Positions 40,440 to 51,000 of a stretch of DNA of 64,000 bases are shown here, one piece after another. How positions within the stretch are numbered: position 1 is the first letter of the stretch; every line of letters starts with the position of its first letter. A program made the translations under genes and the position numbers. Source of the stretch: Candidatus Anstonellales archaeon (GTDB lineage Archaea > Micrarchaeota > Micrarchaeia > Anstonellales > J096); contig JAWAFD010000001.1 in assembly GCA_038890745.1 (NCBI GenBank), positions 253,880-317,879 of the forward strand, read 5' to 3'. The notes under the pieces were generated by a model. The model was not told where the DNA came from. It did not search any database and saw only the letters and a list, made by a program, of their open reading frames with translations.

Positions 40440-41932
40440 TGGAGCTTGATGACCTGCTTGCGCAGTATGAGGAGATACACAAGAATGCAAAGAAGGTTGA
40501 GGTTGCTATTCCTTTGGCAGAGGTGAGTAAAACTTTTGATGATGCTCCAGAAGACCTGATAAACCTGGAGTATAGCGATCTACTTAATATGTACAAAAAA
40601 ATACAAAAGATAATAGAGATAAAGCAAAAATTTCAAACATATGAGGTGCCCGAGAGGCGGGTGAGTATAGAGATGGCTGAGAAGCCCGAGAAGCCAGCGG
40701 GTAGAATAGTTGAGGAGATGCCGGTTGCAAGACCTTTACCTCCACCCCCTCCTCCACAAAAACCAGTGGAACTGCCCCCACCTCCAAAACCAGCAGAGGT
40801 TCCGCCTCCTCCACCCGTTCCAGCGCCAGAGAAGAAAGAAGAAGTTTTAAAACTTCCGGAAGAAAAAATTAAAAAGCATGAAGGATTAATATTCCCAAAA
40901 GGTGAAGAGATGGAGGAGGAAGAAGAAAAAAAACTTGAGGTGGCAGTTCCATACATCCATAGCCATGAGGAAATTATAATAGAGATGCCAAAGCAGCTTT
41001 CTGTTCCGGTTGATGAGGCGGCGAAAAAGAAGATAGAAAGTGTTCTTAAAAGATACCAACAAGCAGGAGAAATAAACAAGTCTGATTTGAAAAGAAGAAT
41101 GATAGAGCTTACAAGGGAGCTTTTCAAGGAAAAGTCTGCTGAGAGAAAAGCAGAGCTTAAAGCAGAGATAGTTGAGTTAAAAAAGATGATCGAACAGAAG
41201 GAGGCAGAGAAAAGGGGGGAGGGTGTTTTTGAGGCACTTATGAAAGAGCAGGATGAGGAGCTTAACGAAGTTCTTTCAGGGTTGCTCGGAACTTTCAACA
41301 CGAACTTCGATAAGGTAAATAATGAATACCAGCAAGCGAAATTGGTTATATTTGAAGACCCTTCCCTAACAGCAAAGGCAGATTCACTATTTCTCTCTGA
41401 TTTGGACAGCATCCTTTCTCAGATGACGAGAATCATAGATGCATATCTAGATTATATAGTAAAGGTTCATGTTGCAGAACTGGAACATTTGAAGGGATTT
41501 GGAGGTGTGGATGCCGAAAGCATAAACAAAAGAGTAGAGTATGTGCGTCTGAACTATCCTTCAAGGTTTGATGAGCTGAAAAAGAGCATCCATTCAACAA
41601 TAAACAAAGCAAAACCTTCGGCCAAACCAGCCCCACCTGCTCCGGCTAGAGAGGAAAGGGTGGTTTCAGCCCCTCCTGTAGAAAGACCTGGGCCTTCTGC
41701 CCCACCGGCCGAAAAGAAAGAAGAGGCGTTAGAGGGAAAGGATGTGCTCGATGAGATAAGCAGGATGCATGAGGGCGAGCTCCTTCACTACCTGAGCGCA
41801 CGGGATAGGAGGATTTTTGTAAGCTATGTACGTGGCGAGATCTCAAAGGAAGAGGCAGTAAGGCAGGCAAGAATCCTTCTTGCGAAGGAAAGAGGGGTCA
41901 GCGATACCCTTATAAAAACTTACTGGGGTTAA
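40439..41932 (+). CDS. Hypothetical Pro/Glu-rich cytoplasmic protein (pilus operon)
   Basis: Poly-Pro linker and helical domains; ATGA-type coupling to the ATPase gene. Confidence 0.7.
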   Translation: MELDDLLAQYEEIHKNAKKVEVAIPLAEVSKTFDDAPEDLINLEYSDLLNMYKKIQKIIEIKQKFQTYEVPERRVSIEMAEKPEKPAGRIVEEMPVARPLPPPPPPQKPVELPPPPKPAEVPPPPPVPAPEKKEEVLKLPEEKIKKHEGLIFPKGEEMEEEEEKKLEVAVPYIHSHEEIIIEMPKQLSVPVDEAAKKKIESVLKRYQQAGEINKSDLKRRMIELTRELFKEKSAERKAELKAEIVELKKMIEQKEAEKRGEGVFEALMKEQDEELNEVLSGLLGTFNTNFDKVNNEYQQAKLVIFEDPSLTAKADSLFLSDLDSILSQMTRIIDAYLDYIVKVHVAELEHLKGFGGVDAESINKRVEYVRLNYPSRFDELKKSIHSTINKAKPSAKPAPPAPAREERVVSAPPVERPGPSAPPAEKKEEALEGKDVLDEISRMHEGELLHYLSARDRRIFVSYVRGEISKEEAVRQARILLAKERGVSDTLIKTYWG

Positions 41933-41962
41933 TACTATGGCATTTTGCGGTCCTATGGTGGT

Positions 41963-42817
41963 ATGATGGCGAAAAAGAGAGGAAGGATTCCGTTGTTTTC
42001 AATATTCTCCGACGGTGTTCTTCCCTATTTTCCCGGCCTTGATAAAAAGCTTAAGATAGCCTTGATAGAAAAAACCCCGCACGAGTTTATGGACTGGGTA
42101 ATGTTCTCTGCATTTGTCCTTTCGCTGTTTCTTACCCTTCTGGTCGGATTGATTGCGAATTCTGTTGGCATAACCCTCCTTTGGCTCATCCCAATATTCC
42201 TACTCTCCTTTGCGTTCTCTTTTTTCTACTACCTAAACTATCCGGATGTACTCATGCTCAAGATGAGAAAGGAGATAGATTATGAAATAGTTTTTGCAAC
42301 CAGGCATCTTCTCATAGCCCTCCGCTCAGGCATGCCTCTTTTCGATGCGATAGTTGGGGTGAGTAAGGGGTATGGAGCAGTGAGCAAAGAATTCAGAAAG
42401 ATAGTGGATGATGTTACTCTTGGAAAACCCCTTAGCCAATCCTTGAGGGAGGTTGCCGATGTCTCTCCATCCTCTGCCCTCAAACGCATCCTTTTACAGA
42501 TTGCAAATGCGCTCAGCTCTGGTTCTGATGTTGCGGATAGTTTGGAGGGCGTTCTGAATCAGATAGCAAAGGAGCAGGTAATCGCGCTTAAAGAATACGG
42601 GCAAAAGCTAAACCCCTTAGTAATGTTTTACATGATATTCGGTATAATATTCCCTTCACTCGGAATCGCATTTGCAATAATCCTTTTCTCTTTCGTAGGT
42701 GGTGGATTGCAGATACCTTCATCCTACCTTTTCCTTATTGTGCTTGTGATAGCCCTGCTGCAATTCCTTTTCCTGGCAATGGCCGAGAGCTCAAGGCCGA
42801 AATATTCGGTGGTGTGA
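41963..42817 (+). CDS. Type II secretion system F (TadB/TadC-like) membrane platform protein
   Basis: LRSGMPLFDAI…YGAVSKEF…SSGSDVADSL; multiple TM helices. Confidence 0.9.
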   Translation: MMAKKRGRIPLFSIFSDGVLPYFPGLDKKLKIALIEKTPHEFMDWVMFSAFVLSLFLTLLVGLIANSVGITLLWLIPIFLLSFAFSFFYYLNYPDVLMLKMRKEIDYEIVFATRHLLIALRSGMPLFDAIVGVSKGYGAVSKEFRKIVDDVTLGKPLSQSLREVADVSPSSALKRILLQIANALSSGSDVADSLEGVLNQIAKEQVIALKEYGQKLNPLVMFYMIFGIIFPSLGIAFAIILFSFVGGGLQIPSSYLFLIVLVIALLQFLFLAMAESSRPKYSVV

Positions 42818-42818
42818 T

Positions 42819-43856
42819 ATGATAAAAACAATCGGGAGATTATTACCCCGGGAAAGGGTGAGAAAAATAGAAAAGCTCGCCGCATCCGCAGGCATGGAAG
42901 CAAGCGGTGAGGAAATTTCCGGCTACCTTATAATTTTTTCATTAATATTTTTTATCCTCTCAACAGTTGTTCTCCTAAACTTTCCGGACTCAAAATCCTT
43001 CATTGAAGAGATTTCATTTTCCATAAACCCAGCATACGCGGGTGCGCTCTCACCCTTAATTGCTATCCTAATTTCCCTCCTTATTGTTGTTCCATTCTTT
43101 GTCCTCATGGTTTATACATACCTCTCCCTCAGGGCAGAGGCTAGGAGGATGGCAGTAGAGTCTATCCTCCCGGATTTCCTCACCCTCGTTGCTGCTAATG
43201 TTAGGGCCGGAATGCCGCTGGATCAGGCAATGTGGCAGGCATCCAAGCCAGAGTTCGGTTTGCTCGCAGAGGAAACAAAATCTACAATAAAATCCTCTTT
43301 TGGCGGAGAGCCATTGGATGATGCATTGGACAGGCTTGCGATGAAATTTGATTCCCGGCTTATTTCCAGAACAATAGAACTCTTGAAGCAGGCGCTCGCG
43401 AGCGGAGGAGAGGTTGCAACGATTCTGGAGAGGACAGCCGAGGAGGCAAGGGAAGGGATGCTAGTAAAAAAGGAGATACAGGCAAGCCTCATAATATACA
43501 TAATATTCCTTTTCTTTGCAGCAGCCATAGGTACACCTTTCCTTTTTGCGGTTTCTGAAAAACTTTTGGTTGTTCTTCATTCAGCATTTGCATTCGTTCC
43601 GCAAACAGCAGAAACCTCTGCCCTTACAGGCCTTACCCCAACATCCCCGCCCATTACAGCAAAGGATTTCCACTACTTCGCGCTTTTCTCCATGCTCGTA
43701 ACCTCCCTTTTTGGTTCTTTTATAATTGGCGTGATACAGACAGGTTCAAGAAATCAGGGACTGCGCTACTTCCCGTTCATTCTCCTGATTGCTTACTTGG
43801 TATTTTTCTTTGCATCCTCCCTGCTGGATGCATTCTTCGCAGGGTTTATTGCATGA
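42819..43856 (+). CDS. Type II secretion system F (TadC-like) membrane platform protein
   Basis: LPDFLTLVAANVRAGMPLDQA…FGLLAEE…SGGEVATILE. Confidence 0.92.
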   Translation: MIKTIGRLLPRERVRKIEKLAASAGMEASGEEISGYLIIFSLIFFILSTVVLLNFPDSKSFIEEISFSINPAYAGALSPLIAILISLLIVVPFFVLMVYTYLSLRAEARRMAVESILPDFLTLVAANVRAGMPLDQAMWQASKPEFGLLAEETKSTIKSSFGGEPLDDALDRLAMKFDSRLISRTIELLKQALASGGEVATILERTAEEAREGMLVKKEIQASLIIYIIFLFFAAAIGTPFLFAVSEKLLVVLHSAFAFVPQTAETSALTGLTPTSPPITAKDFHYFALFSMLVTSLFGSFIIGVIQTGSRNQGLRYFPFILLIAYLVFFFASSLLDAFFAGFIA

Positions 43857-43865
43857 GGTGAGAAT

Positions 43866-44402
43866 ATGGAAAATAAAAAAATAATGTGCAGCAAAAAAGG
43901 ACAGGCTGCTATGGAATACCTGATGACGTATGGATGGGCAATTTTGGCAATCCTTATAGTTCTCGCAATCCTGATTACCCTTTTCGGAATGATAAAGCTT
44001 CCGAGCATATGCAACTTTCCGAGGCAGGAGTTTGCATGCGAAGGCACCCCTCAGCTGTATGCTGATGATAACAACTATGTTTACATAAACATAAAAGTTC
44101 TGAATAATAATCCGGAAATTGTTGAGATAAAAAAGGTTGCATGCGTGGAAGGAAACAAGGTTCTTGATGCTGCTGCGCAGACAAGCGAAAAATCCCTTCT
44201 CAGTGGAGAAACAGGAACATTCCTTAACATACCATGCTACGATGCTACAGGTGCAAGGTTAAGAATGGTCCCTGGCTCAGAATTCCGTGGCAAATTCGCC
44301 GTATGGTATAATCTAAGGTCAGACCCTGATAAAACAGTTCTGAGAACAACAGATGCAACCATAGTGAGTGAGGTCGCACAGAAACTAAGCCAAACCCCCT
44401 AA
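43866..44402 (+). CDS. Type IV pilin (class III signal peptide)
   Basis: KKGQ|AAMEYLMTYGWAIL. Confidence 0.9.
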   Translation: MENKKIMCSKKGQAAMEYLMTYGWAILAILIVLAILITLFGMIKLPSICNFPRQEFACEGTPQLYADDNNYVYINIKVLNNNPEIVEIKKVACVEGNKVLDAAAQTSEKSLLSGETGTFLNIPCYDATGARLRMVPGSEFRGKFAVWYNLRSDPDKTVLRTTDATIVSEVAQKLSQTP

Positions 44403-45595
44403 CTCCCAATTATCTCATTTTTTCCCATATAATTCTTTATCATACTCACTATATTCTTTCCTTCAATATGCCCCAACCCTCCCTTCATTCCGCTGTACTC
44501 ATCAAACTTTTTCCCATCATCCTTTCTCACAAGCCCTCCGCTGAAAACAATGGGCACCTCATGCCCAGTATGCCTTTTCAAACTCCATGGGGTTGAATGG
44601 TCCCCGGTGACAACAATTACATCTGTTTCAAAATCAAACCCAATCTCCTTGTCTATTTTTTCAATAAACTGCTTTTTTCCCTCAAAATTCCCATCATGAG
44701 AAAAGGAGTCCGTTGCCTTTATGTGAAGAAAAACAAAATCATATTTTTTCAACGCGCTCTGCACCGCTCTCCTCTTCGCCTCTAAATCTGTATTCTTATC
44801 CCCGCTCGCTCCCTTTACTTCTATCACATCCATACCAACATACTTTGCAACCCCTTTATAAAGCGCCCCTCCTGCTATGCATGCCCCTTTCATTCCAAAC
44901 TTCTTCTCAAACCTCTCAACCTTTCTGTATGCCCCAGCCCCTCTCAGCAGAATAGCATTTGCCGGTAATTTTCTTTTTTTATTTATTTCATTTTTGCTCA
45001 AAATTTCCATAACTTTTTTTGTCCATTTATTTACAACTTCCGCTGTTTTCTTTGCCTCTCCTGTTTTTTCCAGTGGCTCGCATCTTCTCATCTCTCCGAT
45101 CGCATGTGGGTCAGTATCGGTTATTTTTGCGCTCAATCCGCTTCCCCGCAAAACAACTGCCCCCCTATGTTCTGTTGAATGCTTGAAAAATACCTCAACC
45201 CCCTCTACCCTAATCCTCTCAACTTCCTTTGCAATCTCTTTAGCCTCTTTGCTCTCTATCCTTCCAGCCCTTCTATCAACAATCCTATTTCCACTAACAG
45301 TTGCAAAATTTGCCCTGAACGCAACATCCCCTTCTTTTAGTTCCATCCCAACCCCAAGGGCTTCCAAAGGACCTCTTCCAGGATAGTCCTTTTTCCAATC
45401 ATACCCTAGAATTGCCAGATGCCCTGTGTCGCTACCAGGAGCGAGCCCTCTCCCAAGCGTGCTCATCATCCCAACTGCCCCTCTCTCAGCCAACCCATCT
45501 AAATTTGGCTTTTTTGCTTCCTCAAGAGGAGTGCCCTTTCCATGAGCCCTTATATCCCCAACCCCATCTAAAACAACAAGCAGTGCCATAAACAT
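44399..45595 (-). CDS. apgM: 2,3-BPG-independent phosphoglycerate mutase (archaeal type)
   Basis: VLDGVGD, TPLE.A..PNLD, GSDTGHL, GRGPLEA.G, TGDHSTP. Confidence 0.96.
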   Translation of the reverse strand: MFMALLVVLDGVGDIRAHGKGTPLEEAKKPNLDGLAERGAVGMMSTLGRGLAPGSDTGHLAILGYDWKKDYPGRGPLEALGVGMELKEGDVAFRANFATVSGNRIVDRRAGRIESKEAKEIAKEVERIRVEGVEVFFKHSTEHRGAVVLRGSGLSAKITDTDPHAIGEMRRCEPLEKTGEAKKTAEVVNKWTKKVMEILSKNEINKKRKLPANAILLRGAGAYRKVERFEKKFGMKGACIAGGALYKGVAKYVGMDVIEVKGASGDKNTDLEAKRRAVQSALKKYDFVFLHIKATDSFSHDGNFEGKKQFIEKIDKEIGFDFETDVIVVTGDHSTPWSLKRHTGHEVPIVFSGGLVRKDDGKKFDEYSGMKGGLGHIEGKNIVSMIKNYMGKNEIIGS

Positions 45596-45619
45596 TCTTT
45601 TAGCAGAATGTTTAAATAG

Positions 45620-48040
45620 TTATAAGCTTGCGGCAAAATATCTTAGATGTGATTTCATCGTTAATTTATCCTCTTCACTCCATCTGGCCTTTGCGAGCAA
45701 CTCATTCATTTTATTTGCTTTTTCTTGGTCAATTCTTTGCATATACGGAGCTATCTCCTCCCAGATTTTTTTTGCTTGTTCATGATCCCCTGCATCTATT
45801 GCGTTTCTCATTTCTCCTATACTCTTTTTTAGGTTTGTTTTCATTTGCTTTACATCTGCTGTCTCGCTCCCTTCAAGCGCCTTTTTAAATTCAGGGTGAT
45901 ATTTCAGCAGCTCTGCCCGTGGAATCTCTTGCGGGTTTACTATTGCAAGATAGGTTATTTTTGGGTAGTGCTCCTTAAATATCTTATCTTGAAGTTCTGA
46001 TGGCATGCCCTCATAGAGAATAGAGCTGGCTGCATTGTAGTACGCCAAAGCCGATTCATACTCTCTAGCTTTATCCATATTTCTTTCTTCCATTGCTTTT
46101 CTCCATTCTTTCGCAGCCTCTTCAACCCTATCCATCATTCTTAAAAATAAATGCGCTGCCATTTTTTTGTCTTGGTTTATCAGCCCATTTATGTACTTGC
46201 TTTCATTTTCAGCTTCCTCTTCATTTAACACATTTGAGTAATATGCCATTGCGTATGCTCCAATGATCGATTGCAGCTCAAGTTCGCTATCAACCCTTTC
46301 CCCAATTTCCTGCTTTTCTGAGTAATAACTTGCTTTTATGAGAACAGGATCTTGTGGCCTGCCAATTCCGCTTGTTTGTGCCTCGATCTGGAGGTAGGAA
46401 TACTCAGGAGGGATGTTACCTAAATTGCCCGTTAATATATCGTTCAAACAGGTAAGCCTGTATGCGTTATCATATTTTCCATTTTTAATTTCTTCTCTCC
46501 ACGAGTTAATCTTTCCTGTAAGTTTATCTATTCCCTCAGAAACCGCTCCAGCAAGCTCATCTTTCGGAACAACGCATGGCGAGAATTCTTCAAAAATTTC
46601 TCTTCCTGAGGCACTTGTTTTGTTAACTCCGCCAAGCTTCGCAGAAAGATAAGCAGTGTTCTGCTCAACATTTTTGCCCTGTTTTATCTCTTCAATCGCT
46701 TTTCTTGTGTTCTCCTCTATCCTCTTCTTAGCTCGTGATTTCTTCCATCCTGGTGGGAAGAGCGTGAATGGCAGACCTACATAAGCACCCATTATATCAA
46801 TTCTATCTCTCATACTCATAAGATACCCTCTAAACTCAGGGGGAAGTTTCTCATACTTAAGCCACATATCTACATCATCCTTTGCTTTATCTATCATTCC
46901 CTCCCCAAGCTCGCGTTCTACTTTCTGCCGCATTTTTTCTATCTCTTCTGGTGTAAATTCCCTCGTTTTCGCATCCTTAGGAGTTTTTGCCCTGAAAACA
47001 AACCTATATAGAGAATTCACAAACAATCTCCATGGCTGAACAATTCCAACCTGCAACCCAACATATCCAATCGAAGCAAACATTCCTTTGAAGAAATGCC
47101 CAATACTATAAAAAAATCTTTGGAACCAATTCCCCTTACTTCTTTTCCATGCCCTTGTTCCCTCTCTTATTCCGCTGCTTAACCCTATTAATTCCCCAAG
47201 GCCAGCAAAAACCTTCTTTCCAGTTCCGCATCCTTCGCACTCGTTCATCCCTTTTGAAAAAGCAGTTTGTGCATACGATATTATTCCTCCCCATACATTA
47301 AACCCGCCGTAAAAACCTCTTGTTACTGGGTTGTAGAGAAAATACCATGGCCCATAGTTCAAACCAAAATAAGGCCTCACCCACGCACCTGTTTTTTTCC
47401 AATCCACTTTGATATTCCATGGCCTCTCCAACCCTCTCATTAAAACAACATCTTCAATATCCCCACTCATCAGCCCAAATTCTAGAGGGCCACCCATCCC
47501 AACTTTCCATTTATCCGTTGCAGCTGAAATAAAAAGGTCAGCATAGCTTACTGTTCCTCCATAAGCACCAGCACTTGTATAGCTAAACTCTCCCCCCCAG
47601 GTTTTTCCGTATTTTTCCGTTCTTTGAACCCCAATTCGGCCACCTCCTTTCTCAATTCCTTTTGCTTCCCTATCCTCTGCTTTTACAGGAATGCCTACCT
47701 GCGCACCTGCTTCAAACCCAAGTGTTCCTTTTCCAAGACTATCCGCCTTTCTCATTTCTGCAATATCTTTGCTTAGCTCTTTTTCAAGGCTTTTTGGGTT
47801 TTTTGATGCTCTATATCTCTCTATTGCTTTCACTACCACATCTTCAGGAACCCTGTCCCCTACTTTATACTCATTGCCCGAGTATCTAAATAAAAAGGAA
47901 AGGGGCACCTCCCCCTTTCCGCTTCCAACAGTATAAACCCTCTCCTTTTTCCCATTAATTTCTATTATTTCCCCTTCTCCAAAAACCCGTCTCGCAACAT
48001 TCCCAACATCTGCCCTTTCTTTCTGTTTTCCATTACTCAT
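45620..48040 (-). CDS. Large hypothetical protein (Gly/aromatic beta-rich region, amphipathic helices, helical C-terminus)
   Basis: About 806-aa ORF with GAGGGG SD; last gene of a three-gene operon. Confidence 0.75.
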   Translation of the reverse strand: MSNGKQKERADVGNVARRVFGEGEIIEINGKKERVYTVGSGKGEVPLSFLFRYSGNEYKVGDRVPEDVVVKAIERYRASKNPKSLEKELSKDIAEMRKADSLGKGTLGFEAGAQVGIPVKAEDREAKGIEKGGGRIGVQRTEKYGKTWGGEFSYTSAGAYGGTVSYADLFISAATDKWKVGMGGPLEFGLMSGDIEDVVLMRGLERPWNIKVDWKKTGAWVRPYFGLNYGPWYFLYNPVTRGFYGGFNVWGGIISYAQTAFSKGMNECEGCGTGKKVFAGLGELIGLSSGIREGTRAWKRSKGNWFQRFFYSIGHFFKGMFASIGYVGLQVGIVQPWRLFVNSLYRFVFRAKTPKDAKTREFTPEEIEKMRQKVERELGEGMIDKAKDDVDMWLKYEKLPPEFRGYLMSMRDRIDIMGAYVGLPFTLFPPGWKKSRAKKRIEENTRKAIEEIKQGKNVEQNTAYLSAKLGGVNKTSASGREIFEEFSPCVVPKDELAGAVSEGIDKLTGKINSWREEIKNGKYDNAYRLTCLNDILTGNLGNIPPEYSYLQIEAQTSGIGRPQDPVLIKASYYSEKQEIGERVDSELELQSIIGAYAMAYYSNVLNEEEAENESKYINGLINQDKKMAAHLFLRMMDRVEEAAKEWRKAMEERNMDKAREYESALAYYNAASSILYEGMPSELQDKIFKEHYPKITYLAIVNPQEIPRAELLKYHPEFKKALEGSETADVKQMKTNLKKSIGEMRNAIDAGDHEQAKKIWEEIAPYMQRIDQEKANKMNELLAKARWSEEDKLTMKSHLRYFAASL

Positions 48041-48051
48041 TTTTACCCCCT

Positions 48052-51000
48052 CTAATCGATGGGTATTACAATACCAAGGTTCCCACCAAACCATACTATT
48101 CCGTATCTCTGTGATTCTGGTGCGCCCTTTGGTTTTAGTGTTTGATAGACAGCTGAGATCTCTCCGTATTGTTTGCTCCCCCTGTTAACAAGTTCAACCC
48201 TAAAAGCCCCACCGAACTCATGCTCTTCCAATTCGGTAAGGAAGGGTTCTTCTGTACTTCTTATTTCCTCGCCACTTTTTATCTTTCCAGCTCCAAAAAG
48301 CCCTGCAAAACCATAAATGATTTGCTTTCCTGTAAGTGGGTCTATTCTCATCATAGTCCATCCAGGCTCAAGCTTCCATTTTTTCCACTCCTCACCAGTT
48401 AAATCAATACGATACGGAGTAAAGACACCATTTTCATATTTCATCAAAACATAAACCTCCTGTCTTGTTCCTTTTGCCATTCCCTCTAATGGTCCTCCCC
48501 ACCATCCAAACACTCCACTTTCATAGGTCGTTACATCTGTCCTTCCTGGTAACATCCGACTGCTGGTTATCCATTCACCTTTTCTTCCCGCTACTACTCC
48601 TGCTCCCTTTTCAGAATATGGATTGCTTATTATACCACCAAATACAGCATTTCCTTTTCCGTCCAAACTTGTCCATGCCCCACCTTGAATTGTAGCCAAA
48701 GCATCTCCGAGAGGCATTATTATCTTCCCACCACCTGTTTTCAACCTTACATCTGTTCGGTATCCAAAGTTTGCGCTTGCACCTGTCCTGTCAAATTCAA
48801 TAAAAGTATTCGCAAGCATTGCCAAATAGTCTTTGCTCGCCCCGAGCGCGGCCTCAAGCCCAAATCCACCACCTATAAACTGGGCAGTCCAGTACTGCTC
48901 TCCTGCTGCGGCCAAGAAAAGCCTGTTCGCAATGTTCCTCCATCTCTCTGCTTCTTTTTGCACAATGAGCAGCCTTTTTTCAGCATCCCTTAACTTCGCC
49001 TCCAGTTCTTTGTATTCAATAACACTCTGTATAGGCTTCTGCAGCTTCTTCCTATACTCATCTATTTCTTCAAGTATGTCATTTTGCTCCTTCATTTTTT
49101 GAAGGAATGCATTCCTTGCTGCTTGGAACTGATAGTGTTTTAATTCTCTATTTGCATGGAACCAAGAAACCTGCAATCTCGGCTTCCCCAAAAAAGTTTC
49201 ATCCTTGAACTCAATTGCACCCACAGCCCCTTCTGTTCCTGTTAGACTATATAAGAAGTTGCTCATTATGAATGAGTAAAACTCGCTGTTTTCAAAATAC
49301 CCTCCCCATCCTGCCCTTCCTCTTTTTCTGCCCTTTTCATCAGTTCTGTGTAGCCATGCTGCATCTACCCCAACATTCCTTTTCTGCCATCCAAAACTTG
49401 CGACAAGGTCAGCCGTTCCTCTCCCTATTCCCCCAAGCACCCATCCTCTTTCTATGAATTTACCCATATCAGTATCCTCTTCTGATTCCCACTCATAAGC
49501 CGCCCCAGCACCCATGAATCTTTCCATAGTTATTTTTGAAAGGTTGCCTCTCGTATCCCAAAATGTTGCTAAATAAACAACACCATTGTTTAGATTTCCT
49601 GTTGTACTAGACTCAAGAACGATATCCATTACTGTTCCTAAGTTAATCTTCCCCTCCTTATCATATATCACTGCTCCACCTATCCCTTTTGCTAAAAGGT
49701 CTGTTTGCAACCCTAGAATAAATCCAGTCATTCCCTTTCCTTCTGTAAGCATCATCCTAATATCTTTTGATGTTGTTGTGTATCCTGCGAACCAGTTTAC
49801 TGCTTGCTCTTCGCTTAACCTAAACACTCCGGCCCTTACCCATACCGGCTCCTCTCCTTCTTTCATAGGAGGCCTTAGATGGTATACATAGACATTGTAG
49901 TATCCGTTTATCGTATTCTTTTCAGCGAACATCACGGTATCAGAGTTTGTCTGTCGGTGGTAAAGGTCAAGCATGGCCCTTACGTCTTCGTTTAAAACTT
50001 CACTCTCCTTCCCTTCAGGCGTGTAGTATGTAACATCGCTTTTTGTGTACACAACATTAAAATTATCTATGTTCCAATCCTCGCTTCCTAAATCCTTTGC
50101 AACTATTTTTGCCATGTATGCATCGTTCACCTGGCCTCTTTCATCAACAGGGTTCTCAAGAGCCGCCTCTCCTGCGGCCCCGATTAATTCTACCATACTC
50201 CTCGGTCCAAAAAGCCCAACGCTTGCAGTTCCCCTCCCAGTTCCTGTTGTTATCCCTGCCCATTCAACAAGTCCATCTGCCGCGCTCTGGCCTCTCAAAG
50301 TTGTGAACTCAGTTCCTAACAGTAGTCTTTCCCACTCCACCCGCGCAAGCCTCGCAATCAGGTCAAAATAACTTCCTGGTGGAGGCCGCACTGCCCAGTA
50401 GTTTCTTTCAGGAAGCATCCTTAAGCTTGCAAGAGAGAACACATCCCTATATATCTCCCTCACGCTCTTTATGTCAACACCAACCCTCGCCCGCACATCA
50501 TCCGGAGTGAGGTAGAGATAGGTTTCTCCTTCAAACAAAGAGAAGTTCTGAGGCAATCTTATATCTAATGGAGTTATGTTTGCCCCGGCTCTCATTTGAA
50601 GCATTCTCTCCCATTTTGTTACCGGGTCCTCCATTTCAAACCTTTTTCCCCAGGGTATTCTTTCTCTTCCGGGTGTTATCGCGCCAAGTGCTTCTGATGG
50701 GTCCTTGAGTAGGTACTGCTCTGCCCTTCCCAAGAATGCTCCAAGGGCAGCGTCAAGTGCAGCAGGCACCTGAACCTCGCAATAATGTTTCATCACCCTT
50801 GAGCTTATTGGCGCATAATGGCTCTGTATCCCATCTGCTGTTACTTCTATTGTTTCAAGAATGCTCATTATTGTGTTATATTCATTATAATACCCGAGTA
50901 TTCTTGGAATACCCCTCGCAAACAATCCTGCCTGGCCTGCATACCCAGTAGCCATTGCCACATCCCCGCATTTTTCTATCATTTCTTTTGTAAACTGATC

